This document shows, piece after piece, positions 38,104 through 50,805 of a stretch of 64,000 bases of DNA. Position 1 is the stretch's first letter. Every line of letters begins with the position of its first letter. The stretch lies in the NCBI GenBank assembly GCA_963514005.1, contig OY740807.1, forward strand, positions 14,508,001 to 14,572,000, written 5' to 3'. The notes under the pieces were generated by a model that was not told the DNA's origin, did not search any database, and was given only the letters and a program-made list of their open reading frames with translations. The stretch comes from Raja brachyura (taxonomy: Eukaryota). A program made the position numbers and the translations under genes.

Positions 38104-38424
38104 TGCATGCATAACTCCATTCCCAAAATAGTAAATCCATCACCACATAATTTTACTTTCCTCTTTTGAAGAATCATGTTCGAAACTTCACTCCACATCC
38201 AAGAAGGAAGACAACTAACCAACCTTTGCCAGTATTCCTCCAAAAGCAAAGAACAGGAAGCATGACCTGTTTGTGTTTTCACTTTTCTCCCTGTAGGAAT
38301 GGCAAGTCTTGAACTGGTGAAGTAGAAAGCATGGCAAATGAAAAGCAAACAACAGCGGCCAACACTGAAACAACCTCTCACCGCCCCAACCGCATTGGAG
38401 CTCATCCTAAACAACTGCTCCTTC

Positions 38425-38990
38425 CCGTCTCGTCCTAACTTCTACAGATGCACCACAGAAAGCATACTGCTGGGTTGCATCGCAGTTTGATTTGGGGACA
38501 GCTCTGTTCAAGACCGCAAGAAACTGCAGAGTTGGGAATGTGGCAAAGTCCATCTCACAGACCAGACTCCCCACCATTGTTTCCAACTACGCTTCACACT
38601 GAGTCGGGAAAGCAGTCAACATAATCAAAGACATTTTCTACCCCTTCTTCTCGCTCCTGTCAGGTAAGATACAGAAGCTTGAAAGCATACATCACCAGAC
38701 TCAGGAACAGTTTCTTCCCCTATGTTATCCGGCTTTGGAATGGTCCTTCCATAAGCTAGGGCACACTCCGATTCCCCTCTACCTTGTTGTGGACGTTGCA
38801 CTTTGTCTCTGGAACTGTTATGCTGAGAATTATATTCTGCACTCTCTATCTCACTCTACCTATTGTATATGAGTTTGGTTTGATTGAATTTATGTATAAT
38901 ATTATCTGACTTAATTTTGGCATACAAAACAAATATTTTCACTGTACCTTGGAACACGTGACAATAATAAACGTAACCTAGTCAAACCTA
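38425..38990 (+). mobile_element. Rex1/Babar LINE 3' fragment
   Basis: NFYRCTTESILLGCIAV...QDRKKLQ...TRLRNSFFPYVIRL, then the tail cactgtaccttggaacacgtgacaataataaac. Confidence 0.88.
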
Positions 38991-39737
38991 ACCACCAAAA
39001 TGCATTCCCCCACTCCTTAATTCTTAACACATTCACTACAATTCTGCAGCAATAGCATACTTCTCCAGTCCTAACCTTTATTAACAATTCAAATTATTTC
39101 CCTATCTGATGTGTTGGCACGTATTATGCATCATTAGATGGTTGAACTTTGGTTTCTCATTTGAGTAGTTCAAGAAAGCACTGACATATTGAGTCCTCTT
39201 ATTGTTAGGCCATCCGAGTGCCACAGTTTCCATGCTTAACTGATGATCACATCATATGTACAGGGTCAATTGAAGAGTCAGATCTCCAGTCGATATCACT
39301 TCTTCCTAAAATATTGCGTTCAAGGCCAATTGTAAAACACTACCTGTTGCCCTGGCTGAAATCAACTCAATGAATATAGCCTTAAAATTGCATTGAAGCA
39401 TTTTATTTGATTGGCTCTGCCAACTAAATGTGAAGCGAGTCCCTCTTCAATCCACCACTGGAATATCTGAGATCAAATGCTTTGCAAAGATTGTTTGAAC
39501 TAAGGCGCCCAATTTTGAGAGAATTTCCACAGTTTGGCTTCTAGATTCAGATATATAATACGATATGGAGCATACATTATTCGCACAAGACTATGATCTT
39601 GTAGAGGAGAACAATAATTAACCTTCTTCCAAGATAAGTGAGCTTTTATTTTCCCTTATGTTGCATTTTATTCCCCATGTTATGAATAAGATGAACAAGT
39701 GGGCACAGAGACCTGGAAGCAAGCAATTATAAATAGT

Positions 39738-39924
39738 AAAGGAAATAAATTTAATGGAGTAATTAGCAAGTCAAGCAGCATCTTTAGAGGACATGGATAG
39801 GTGACGACTTGGGTCGGGACTCTTTTTCAGACTTCACTGAAGAAGGGTCCCTCAGAGATGCTACGTTCCCCCAGCACTTTGTGTCCTTTTATGTAAACCA
39901 GCATCTGCAGTTCCTTGCTCTTCC
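39738..39924. mobile_element. Penelope-derived inverted-pair insertion with 12-bp TSD
   Basis: Flanked by ATTATAAATAGT at 39726-37 and 39925-36. Centre ttcagacttcactgaagaagggtcc. Confidence 0.85.
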
Positions 39925-41026
39925 ATTATAAATAGTCGTTGGAAGACACAACGACTCAACCCATAAGATAGGTTTTGAAAAAAGAGTTCCATTTGTTACT
40001 CCCCAAAATGTATTCTAGCTGCTGAAAATCTATCTATCGTGCCACAGTTGGTTACATTCTGACTCCTGAGTTCATCCACGATTGGATTCGAATATTGAAT
40101 GTGAAAGATGCTGAAGCATATTTTTATAAGCAATATTCTGCCACTATTCACATCACACAAGCAGATTATCACCACGCTGCTGTCTGTGGGAGTGTTCCAT
40201 TTAAGCGACGACTGCACTTTGCAGATACTTCACTAGTTGTAAAACACTTTGCAACAACCTGCACGGTGTTATATAAATTGAAGTCCATTATAAAAAAATA
40301 TTTGCTGGAACCATAGTGGACTAGTTTAACATCATTGGACCAGAATCGCTCACCTCCCAGGGGACAAGGATCACAACTTAAAACCTCCCCAAATTTGGCA
40401 CTAACTAATAGCCTCATTCAAGGCTACTAGTTGGCTGGTGTGGGAAAGGGTCAATTGTCACATGGGTTGAATCAGGACATGAGGTTCTCAGGCTCAGATT
40501 GATTAATATTGTTAGCTAGAGTGGAGAAACCTTCCTGCGTCACACCTGACCTGAGAGTCTGATGCTTAAGAGGAAAATGTTCCATTCCCAGGAAGAGCAT
40601 CTCAGATCTCTGTCGCAGTGTAATAATTAAAAATAGGAACATGTATTCACTCTTTGGGAAAATCCACTGGGGATATCAGGCTCCCAGCTTGTTAATCCGT
40701 CCCAGAGAAGCTTGGGAGACTGACTTACAATTGAACACAACTTTCCAAAGCCGGACACAGTTAACCGTTTATTTTGGACAACGGCCGACACCAATGCTCA
40801 CAGATATTAGTGCTGAACTTGTGTACATTTATATCAAGCTGTTGCTTTTGTTTGCTAATTACTGAGATCTATTTATACACATGGTTATAATTCTAATTGA
40901 ATAAGATCCACTTTTTTCAACAAATATGACACAGAAATGGCAAATGCTGTAATTAAAAAATTAAGTACACGAGAAGCTAGTGTTTAAGCTGTTGCCTCCA
41001 TTTTTAAATAAAGGACTGGACCTTTA

Positions 41027-41270
41027 AGGCACAGTGGTGCAGTTAATAGAGCTGTTGCTTCACAGTGCCACAGACCTGGGTTTGATCCTGACGTTGGATG
41101 CATTCTGTGTGGAGTTTGAATGTTCTCCCTTTGACCCAATGGGCTTCCTCCAGGTGCTCTGGTTTCCATCCACATCCCAAAGATGTGTGGGTTTGTAGGT
41201 TAATTGGCCTCTATAAATTGCACCTAATGTGTAGGGTGCGAATGGGAAAGTGAGATAACATTGCAACTGT
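41027..41270 (+). mobile_element. HE1/V-SINE-like SINE, 3'-truncated
   Basis: ggcacagtggtgcagtt head, B-box-like ggtttgatcc and tgtggagtttgaatgttctcc. Confidence 0.88.
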
Positions 41271-42550
41271 GAGCTCTTCACATCTGAAAGACAAATAATT
41301 GCAAGAATATATCGAGAGGATCGGAGGTAGAACTGTTTAGGGACACAGTAGTGATCCCTCAATATCCTATTGCGTATGCACACAAACTCACCAGTCAAGG
41401 TCTACTTTGCTGTGACTGTTCCATGCCAATCATGGTCTTGAATGTAGAACAGAATTTTGCAAAAGTGACACCATGTCTGGCATCACTGCACATGCCCCAC
41501 ACCCTGGGGGAGCCAGGTCAAGTATCCTTCAATGCACCACTCATGCACAAATGGCCTGATTACAGTTAGCAACTGGGTTTTAGATTACATTGATTCCTGT
41601 AGCACACAATTATCTTGTTTGGTTCAAACTGTGGCAACTCTGCAGAATCAGCTTTACCCTCCCTTGGTCAGCTTTAGCAGATGAATTTGTTCTGTGTTGT
41701 AGTTGCATTGAGCAGACATATCTCTCTCCTTCCTCAAATGAGTTTGGCAAAATTCAGCCTCTGTTCAGCTTTGATTCAGCTAGTATGACCATCCGTCAAT
41801 CCCGTGGCCTGAAACTCATTTCTCCTGGCCTTTGTGAGGAAGAAGAGGCAATCAGTGCGTTGATATTAGAAAAATCTGGCCTGACTTACGGTATGTAATT
41901 CATCACAAAAAAAAATGCGTTTGACTAACTTCGGCCAATGAAAGGGTTAAACGGTACAATATTAATGCACGAAATGTTCAAAGATAGCAAAGCAGTAAAA
42001 GTTTGTGGGAATGTGACCAGATTGCACTGATAGACCTGAAAATTGAACTCAGATTGCACTGCGCGCGAGACTTACCAAAAAGTTAATGAACTGAAAGTGA
42101 CCTTGATCAGTGAGTCAGAGACAGGGATGTGAGGCACTCCCCTCTCATGCTGCCAACCTTTGCTATGACATTCATCAAGCTTCCTCCTTGATCTTTCAAC
42201 CACAACTTGCATGTTTTCTAATCAGCTTCTAGGCCTGAAATGCACCTCCCAAACGTCCCATAGAATGTACAATATCCAGCAAGGGTTAACCCTTTGAGGA
42301 TAATTATGATATTTATGAGTCTATGAGAACTGATATAATGAAGATTTTATCAGCATAATAAGATGGAAAAGCTGTAAACGAGAGATGAGAAAGATGCATG
42401 GCAGAGAAAGGAAGTGTAACATAGGATAAAACGGCGCCAAAGTAATAAAGGGGCCCGACCACAGGGGAGGAGCGGATGAGGACGCCTGCTCATCCATCTA
42501 ACCTCTCCACGTAGAAAGAGATTATGGTCTTCACAAGATTCAGGCAATAA

Positions 42551-42875
42551 AGGGTGGTACGGTAGCGCAGCGGTAGTTACTGCCTTACAGCGCTTGCAGT
42601 GCCGGGGACCCGGGTTCGATCCCGACTACGGGTGCTGTCTGTACAGAGTTTGTATGTTCTCTCCGTGACCACGTGGGTTTTCTCCGAGATCTTCGGTTTC
42701 CTCCCACACTCCAAAGACATACAGGTTTTCTGGTTAATTGACTTGGTGTGCGTGTAAATTGTCCTTAGTATCCTACTATCCACTAGTAGGATAGTGTTAA
42801 GGTGCGGGAATTGCTGTTCGGTGCAGACTCGGTGGGCTGAAGGGCCTGTTACAGTGCTCCATCTCTAAACTAAAC
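42551..42875 (+). mobile_element. HE1/V-SINE-like SINE, best-preserved copy
   Basis: A box TAGCGCAGCGG, B box GGTTCGATCCC, V-domain-like core, CR1-type tail ggtgggctgaagggcctgtt and a (ctaaa)2 end. Confidence 0.93.
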
Positions 42876-42889
42876 AGCTCAGTAGGAAT

Positions 42890-44262
42890 TACTTTAGAAA
42901 CAATGAGAAAATAAATAGGAGCTTGAGCAGGCTATTTGGTCTTTTGACCATGTTCCACAATTCACTAAGATCATGGCTCAATGCCATTTTTCTGCACTAT
43001 CCCCATGTCCTTTGATTCCCTTAATTTCCATAAATACATCAATCTCTGTTTTGATGGATTGAACCTCCACAGTCATTCAGGATAAGACATTTAAAGATTC
43101 ACTACTTTCTGAGTGAACACATTTTCTCTTATCTCAGATGTTAAGGGCCCATGGGCAAAACACAAAAGGAGAAACGCAATGAGTCAGGCAGCATCCGTGG
43201 AGGGAATGGATATGTGATGTTTCGGACCGGGACACATCTCAGGTTTGAGTGTCTCCATGTTAACTTTTAGTGCTCTGAAAGACACTTGGTTTCTTGGAAT
43301 ATTAACATTAACCAACCTTTCACCATTTAAAAAATATTGCGTGCTTCTATTTGGTGCATTAAAGTGGATAGCTTCATATTCCTCCACATTATATTGCATC
43401 AGCAAGGTTTTTGCCCACTGAGTCACCTTGTCTACATCCACCTCCCTATCAATATCAATCAATCAATATCAGTTTTATTCATCACTTGCACATAAAGTGC
43501 AAGTGAAATGAATTTGCCAGCAGTGGTACAATGAAAAAAGAACACACAAAAACACAATAAAAATTTAACACAAACATCCACCACAGCATTCATCACTGTG
43601 GTGGAAGGCACACAATTTGGCCAGTCCTCCTCCATTTTCCCACGTGGTCGGGACCTCAACCCTCCGCAGCCACCGCTGCGGGCGTCCAGATGTTCAGACA
43701 AGGGAAAGTCCAGATAAAGTCCAGGTAAGTCCTGAATCGGTGCTTCCCCTGCTGACAATAACACTTTATTTTGTGTCATCAGCAAATGTAGAAGTATGAC
43801 ATTTGGTTCCCATAGCTTGACATAGGTCATGAACAGCTTGGTCCCATGTACCATCTTCTGTGTTGCATCATTCTGTTACCACAATGCACGCCATAAAATA
43901 TATTCAATAACTGCTTTCCCTAATAGTTTAATTACATAGGACATGGAACTTAGAACAGGATAGCACAAAAACAGGCCCTTTGGCCCACAATGTCAGTGCC
44001 AAACATAATGCCAAGAGCAAGTCTGATCTGGCTGCATATAATCCATATCCCTCCATATCCATATGCCTTTTCAAAAGAATGTTAAATGTCGCTGTCGCAA
44101 CCACCACCCCCGGCAGTGCATTCCAGACACTTAGCACCCTCTATGTTAACAAAATTGCCCTACCCATCTCCTTTAAACTTTGCCCAAATGTCATCTTAAA
44201 ACTATGCCGTCTGGTATTTGATTCTTCCATTCTGGGAAAAAGATTTTGACTGTCTACCTTAT
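42890..44262 (-). mobile_element. Cluster of CR1 fragments (~42890-43150, 43240-43850, 43935-44262) with nested insertions
   Basis: FADDTK on the minus strand at ~43768-43787; ORF 43928..44137 contains VWNALPGVVV. Confidence 0.8.
43448..43760 (-). mobile_element. Non-coding retroposon 3' part (relative of 9283-10137) inserted in a CR1 RT
   Basis: The reverse complement ctgcggagggttgaggtcccgaccacg...tgccttccaccacag aligns with ~9910-10050. (attg)n-like tail. Confidence 0.8.
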
Positions 44263-44469
44263 CAATTGTAAACAAATTGGCCTTTCCAGTCAATTGCAGA
44301 GAAGTGTGACACACTCTCCAGCAGGATCAGGCCAAAGGCCTGACTTCATGACTATGGAGAGGAAACAGCACAGGATGAACCCTGTGATTTTGAACGTCCA
44401 CCCGTAATTTTCAAAATGATTCAGCAATGACTGAATGAGTTACTTAAGCGATATGGAAAAAGACCTGGA

Positions 44470-44590
44470 GACACAAGAAACTGGAATAGTGAGCAAAACA
44501 GAAAGTGCTGGAGGAACTCAACGGCTCGGGCAGCATTTGTGGAGAGAAATGGACAGATGATGTTTCAGGTCGGGATCCATATTCTGATTG
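44470..44590 (-). mobile_element. Penelope-derived repeat, decayed
   Basis: gtgctggaggaactcaacggctcgggcagcatttgtggag...gatgtttcaggtcggga. Confidence 0.75.
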
Positions 44591-45324
44591 TCTTTGTATT
44601 TTGCTGGATAAAGAGCTGGATGCAGGTCATAACTGGGCTGCCATTTTATTGCAGCGTGGTTTACTGCCACACAGCCAACTGAAATGCAAACGGAATTCTA
44701 GACTTGACCAGAATCTGCTTAATAGTACTTCACATGATTAAATATTCTTCTGCATCCTGAAGGTCTCCCTAATTTAAGGGCAATGTTTGAGTTCTTATTT
44801 CTCCCTTCCACTTATTTTTTTTTGCTATTGATCTGATACAAGTTGGTGCTACTTACAGAGGCAACAACAGCTGGAATTATCCTCTGTCATCGTTCCCCAA
44901 CCACATAAATTTTTTTGAAGGTGAACGCAATACCTTCGGTAACTGATGGATGAGCTTGATCGTATATTATTTGTTCTTATCATTGTTCGTATATTATTTG
45001 TTCTTATCCAACCTTTTCCTTCAGTTGTTCAGTTTCATCTTGAGTCAGTTGAAGTTAACATTACTTGTAAGTTGCTGCCCACCATTTTTAATAAAGAGAT
45101 AGTTCAATATAATTACAAGTGATGCTGCTTCAGAGGTATTTAATTGGGTGTTAGAAGCTTGTTCTATTAATCTGCTAAATCTCTGACATCCTCTAGTTTT
45201 GATAAAAGGTACATTGTAATCTTCCAGATTTAGTGCTGAATATACTAACTTTAGCTTACTCACATTTTTCCTTTTTGTATCAGATTTGGCCAACTCTGCC
45301 TATCACTGTTTAATTCAGTTTTAC

Positions 45325-45860
45325 TTTTCTTCTAGCGAATGAAACATAAACCAAAGGAATAGTTAGATCTCAAGCCGGGTGTTGAGCAGCTAGGTTGTTG
45401 TCTCTGCGTCAATGTCTGCCAGGCCCTGAGCTCCATTTAGTGGGTGGTAGAGTGGGCACCCAGAGATGACATGGTTGGCTGTCTGTTGTTCTGCTCCGCA
45501 TTCACAGGCTGGGCTCTGGCGGAGTTCCCATCTCCACATTCTGGTATTGAAACGCCCAACTCTTGTATGGAGTCTGTTGAGCTTCACCCATGCTCCTCTG
45601 GGGAGCCTGGACAGCTTTTATCTGGTGAAGAGATGTAGCTGTGTAATGGAGATGAGGTTGCCTTCCACTCCTGTGACCACTTGGTGGCTATCCAGTGTGC
45701 TTTTGTCTCAGTTGGCTGGATGGATGCTAGGAGTCGTTTTCCATGCGGAGTAAAGTGGTGATGGGACTTCAATCGGGGTGGCCTCTGCTTTCTGCTGATA
45801 GCCTGATGGAGGAGGTGATCTGGGTCCATGACACGACGAGATAGTGCCAGAGTTGCTGCT
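45325..45860 (-). mobile_element. RTE-X LINE 3' fragment
   Basis: HLLHQ...PRLKSHH...WSQEW and VKLNRLHTRVGRF...ACECGAEQQTANHVISGCP (CxC..H..C zinc knuckle typical of the RTE-X C-terminus), then a cattcgctagaagaa tail. Confidence 0.82.
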
Positions 45861-46067
45861 TGCCCTGAACATCTTGTTTACTTTTAACATGTGTTTAGTC
45901 TGGCCTACTGGTTATTCACCATAGCCACATTATCAAAAATTCAGTACAAGACACAGAAGCAAAATGTGCTTGTAACCGTTATTCTAATTGCTTCCATCAA
46001 ACACTGGGTCTCACTCTAATATCAGAGATATTACCTTTGTTCTATCCAGCCCGCTCGGCCGTCTCTG

Positions 46068-47360
46068 GAACATAAAACATAGAACAGTGCAGCACAAGAA
46101 TAGGCCTTTCAGCCCATAATGCCTGTGCCAAACATGATGCCCAGACCATCACTTATCTCCCATTTCCTGCATATCCATATGCCGATACAAAAATCTTTTA
46201 CAAGCTTCTATTATATCTGTTTCAACCACCATACCCAGCAGCCATTCCAGGCACTCGCCACCCTCTTTGTAAGAAAACTTGCCCTGCACATCTTGTTTAA
46301 ATTTTGCCTTTCCCACTTTAAAGCCATGTCCTCTAGCATTTGATCCACAGAGAAAAGGTTCTGACTGTCTACCCTATCTATGCCTCTCATAATTTCATAT
46401 ACTGCTATCAGGTCTCCCAGTAACCCCCGGCTTTCCAGAGAAAACAATCCAAGTCTATTCAAACTCTCCCTGTAGTTAATACTCCCCAAAGTTCAGGCAC
46501 ATATCCACCCTTTCCAAAATGTCCACACTCTTCCTGTATTGGGATGGCCAGAACTGCCCATAATAGTCCAAATGCGACCTAACCTAAACATATAAAGCTG
46601 CATCATTACTTCCTGACTCTTATAATGCTCTGACCTATGAAAACGAGCATACCATACACTATGCCTTCTTTACCACTATATCTACTTGAGTCCACTTCAT
46701 GGAGTTCTGGACCTCGACCCCTTCCCTGTACATCAATGCGGTTAGGGTTATGCCATTAAATGTACATTTTCCCCTTACTTTTGCCCTCCCAAAGTGCAAA
46801 GCCTCCCACTTGCCATTTCTCTGCCCATTTCTATTGCTAATCAATATTCCGCTGTAAACATTGACAGCTTTCCTCACAGTCGGCGACCTCAGCAATCTCC
46901 GTGCCATTTGCAAATGTACTAACCAACCCTGCCATGTTTACATCCAAGTCATTTCACAAATAGGAGCGGTCCACGCACATATCTCTGTGAACCTCCCCTG
47001 GCCACAGTCCTCCAGTCTTAATATTGTCTTTCCACTATAACTCTTTGTTTTATATCAGTAAGCCAGTTCCAAATCCATATAGCCAAGTCACTATTGATCC
47101 TGTACATCTTAATCTTCTGGATCAGCCTACCGTGGTGACTTTAGCAAATGCCTTACCATTCTATTATCATCAATCACCTTCATCACATGCTCAAAAAGCT
47201 TGATCAAGTTAATAGGGCATTCCTGCCATATACAAAGCCACGCTGACTGTCCCGAATTAACCCATTCTCTTCGGAGTAAATCCTATCCTGGTGAATCCTC
47301 GCCGATAGTTTCCCTACCACTGACGTGAGGCTCACTTGTCTACAATTCCCTGGATTCTTT
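46068..47360 (-). mobile_element. CR1 LINE ORF2 remnant (RT to 3' tail)
   Basis: GNCRQVSLTSVVGK...IRDSQRGFV; LNRLGLFSLESRGLLGDLIAVYEIMRGIDRVD; (atagaac)-type tail. Confidence 0.92.
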
Positions 47361-47404
47361 CTAAAAAATTGTACTGAAGTCTCTGGTACTAAAAACAAAC
47401 TTGC

Positions 47405-47580
47405 TTTTCTTTCCTGGTTTTGATGAAGGGACCTGGACCTGCAGAGCCAACCGTTTCCCTTTCCACAGATGCTGCCTGACTTGCTATGTTTTCCTAGCAT
47501 TTTCTGTGTTTTTTTTGTTTCATTGGCATGAAGATGCTGTCTGGCCTGCTGCATATTTCCGGCATTTTCTGTTTTAATTC
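47405..47580 (+). mobile_element. Decayed Penelope-derived repeats
   Basis: ttgatgaagggacctggacc...cacagatgctgcctgacttgct, plus a second partial copy. Confidence 0.65.
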
Positions 47581-48191
47581 TGGTACAACATCAGTAATGT
47601 GACAGCGTAACAATGTCACTTGCAACAGCGGTGAATGGCATCTTGATGGAAAGACTCACTGAACAGATGCTATAACCCTCACCCATATCTCTTCACATTC
47701 CTTTCCCCGATGACATTAATTCCTATTAGAACAGTCCACCTTCTGAACTAGCTATGCTCCAGTACCTCACAATTAATGAGGTGACACAATTAATGCGTAA
47801 CACAATGAATGTGTAAGCTATGGCAGATGCGTCAGCAGATTATTTTACAGTTAGGTGGATCTGATCTGATCCTTATTAATTTCTCCACCAATATCTGTGT
47901 ACCCATACAAGGGTTACTGAACAGCAAAGAGAGTGACAGAGACAAAACTCAATATGAGAACTTATCTGATGTCAACTGATTTTATACAGAACAGGATGCA
48001 CTGCAGAAACCAGCTGGTTTGTACAGCTGCCATTGGATCCACCAATGTACACGTGCAAGGTTACTGAAAAACCTGAAAATGACCTATGACTATGTAAAAC
48101 TAAACTCTTAACGCTAATGAGGTACAAGTAGTCCATGCCCTGTAACGTTTCCTTAATCAAACCTGTTTACCTCATCCTGAAAAGTTAAAAA

Positions 48192-49072
48192 AATAAGCGA
48201 GTTTGGTATTCCAAAAAACACAAGGAATCATGGGATTTGTCAAAGGTCACTCGCGATAAACACTCTCGGTAACTGTGCCGCCGCATGCACACAGACCTGC
48301 GCCTCATCCATAGCCGGGTTTGAAACCGGGCCCTAAGCGCCGCGAGCGCTGCTGAACCGCCACTGGACCGTCCTCGTCCCCTCCCGAGTGCCCCACCCCC
48401 GTCCGGTGGCGGCCGGAGACGTCCGGGGTGACCCCGGATTGACCGGAGCGGCGGCCCAGGCTCACAGCCAACGCCGTGAAGAAGCGCCAACTCCGCTCGT
48501 CCCTCCAAGCCAACCGACACCCCCGGACCAACGGGACACAGGCCCATCGCAGCGGCTACCTAGGCCCACAGCCAACGCCAACCCCACTGCTCAGGGCCGG
48601 TGTCCTGTCAGTCCAGGGCTGCCGGTCAACCCTGCGGGACGGGTAGAGTCGAGCCGGAGCCAGGGCCTTCCCTCCGCGCCGGCTGCAAGCCTGGGCCGCC
48701 GCTGCAATGGGCCGGCGTCCCGCCAGTCCAGGCCGCCGGTCAACCCGGCAGGACAGGCAGAACCGAGTTGGAGCCAGCGCCAACCCCTCAGCACTGGCTG
48801 AAACCTGGGCCACCATTGCCGTCCAACTCACGCTTGCCCAGGGCCACCCCGGCCATCCCTGGCCGCCCCTGGACAGGGGTGGGCCACGCGGGAGGGGATG
48901 GGGACGGCCCAGCAGCAACTCAGCACCGCCTGCAGCGCCAGACATCCGGGCCCGATCCCAACCACGGACGAAACGCAGGTCTGCACCATGCAGCAGCACA
49001 GCCACCGAGAGTGTTTATCCCAAATGACCAATGACCTGGGCATGTGCAGTCGGAATACCGAATTCGCTTATT
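48192..49072. mobile_element. GC-rich foldback (long imperfect palindrome) element, unclassified
   Basis: Termini aataagcgagtttggtattcc / ggaataccgaattcgcttatt. A perfect 16-bp inverted block at 48255-70 and 49004-19. Arms align for at least 250 bp and there are internal subrepeats. Confidence 0.88.
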
Positions 49073-50805
49073 CATATTGAGGCACTTTTGAGTTGTATTC
49101 CAGGTCTCTCTTGGATCCTTTGCATCCATGTACTTGAATATTAATTCACAAATACTATATTAACATGAAAGGAAGAAGTTTTGAGTCTCTGCTGTTTTGC
49201 AACATCCAGAATAAACCCGAGAGCTAACTGACCCTTTACAAGCTACATTTTTGACAAGGCCTAGCTTTCTTTATACTCTTTTCATAATTATTACTGTAGT
49301 GTACAGGCAAAGGTCTATATTTCCCTCAAACTTTGTAAATCCTAAGATAAATCATACCACAAAGTAAAGAAATCTGGCCATTTGGCCGTATTTGGAGGTC
49401 AAAGCCTCTCAATCTGTCCATGTTAAGCCACTGCCAAATGTACATCTGACTGAGCATGTGAACCAGCTGCCAGCAAACATCAAAGCTGTGGTGCGTGAGG
49501 GAAAGCGAGAACCAGTACTCAAGGCCTGTGTCACCAGCTCAGGGCTCGTCTATGTTATTTTCAACCAGTCACATTCACTTCCTATTAGGAATCAAATACC
49601 CCCCGCCCAATTTCCTACTGATTGAAACCAATCAGTTATCATTAACCACATTCACTTCCTATTCACATGGATCCAATTTCTGATCATGATCATTTTCTCC
49701 TGAGATAGACAGAATGTACTTTTTTAAGGATCCAAATTATTAAATTTTATTCATTGTCCACTGATTCAAATTGCTGCAAATTAATCTGGCTTTTGTGTTG
49801 ACTTCCTGAGCAACAAGATCAAGTCAGTTCCTAATGATACAAATAAACGTGCAAGTGGTACACCATGTTGACTGAATTCATACCGGATCACAAGATGCAA
49901 TCTAAAAGCAAAATGCAGCAACTGCTGCTACAACTAGAGTGCTGGAGATATTCAACTGGTCACGCTCCATCTGTGCAGAGGGAAACAGCAATGACTTTTT
50001 ATGTTGTTGGCCTTTTATCAGCATCGAGTTTTTAAAAATATTTCTGTCTTTCCTCTAAATCTTTGAGGAAAAGCTTTCACCCTGAACCATTAATTCTGTT
50101 TCTTGCTGCAAAGGTACTACCTGACCTGCTGAGTGGTTCCATCATTCCCACATTATAAACTAAATAGCCAACCACATTCAACCTTGCTAATTTCATGTGA
50201 AATTAAACCTTGGCAATAAGCGGGATCATCCCAAGGAACTGCAACAAGGTAACCTTGGAATATTTGCAGTTACAGCCTATTGTTTATTTGCATTACCGAA
50301 GCCTGATTTATCTCATTCCACCTCTCTCCTGCACCCCAAATTTTAAGCAAAGCCTTGCAGTTTATTGCACAGCATGAGGCCGAGAATAAAAAAAAGCCCA
50401 TCTCTCCATCAGATCATCAAAGGCTTCAAATCTTCTGTGCAGTTCTGGGTATTTTAGATTTTCTACATTTTCTATGTTAAATTTAAATGACGGAGATTTA
50501 TGACTGATCTATCTCTCCCTCCTAACCCCATTCTCCTGCCTTCTCCCCATAACCACTGACACCTGAGGAGGTGATCCTTTCCAAATGTAGAAAGTTTGTA
50601 TGGCTCAGATGGATCAGGCTAGCAGCTTGAATCCAGAGAGATACCCCCCAGGTTAACCTTCTAGATCAACGACGTTCCATTGGGATTAATGGCACAGTTC
50701 AGCCTAGTGTTCCAAACACCTCTGGTTTTATTTCTGATATCCAGCATCTGCAGTATTTTTTCTTTTGTAAGATTGAAGCACCTTGATGTATTTTAGCAGG
50801 ACATT

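Noticed and set aside
42551-42630. Possible tRNA gene
   Set aside because: A and B boxes are present, but the sequence continues into a SINE body and LINE-derived tail, and I see no complete cloverleaf or terminator.
48185-49129. Ten overlapping ORFs up to 149 aa on both strands
   Set aside because: Explained by stop-codon scarcity in a GC-rich palindrome; the mirrored HSxRECLS peptides simply reflect the inverted arms.
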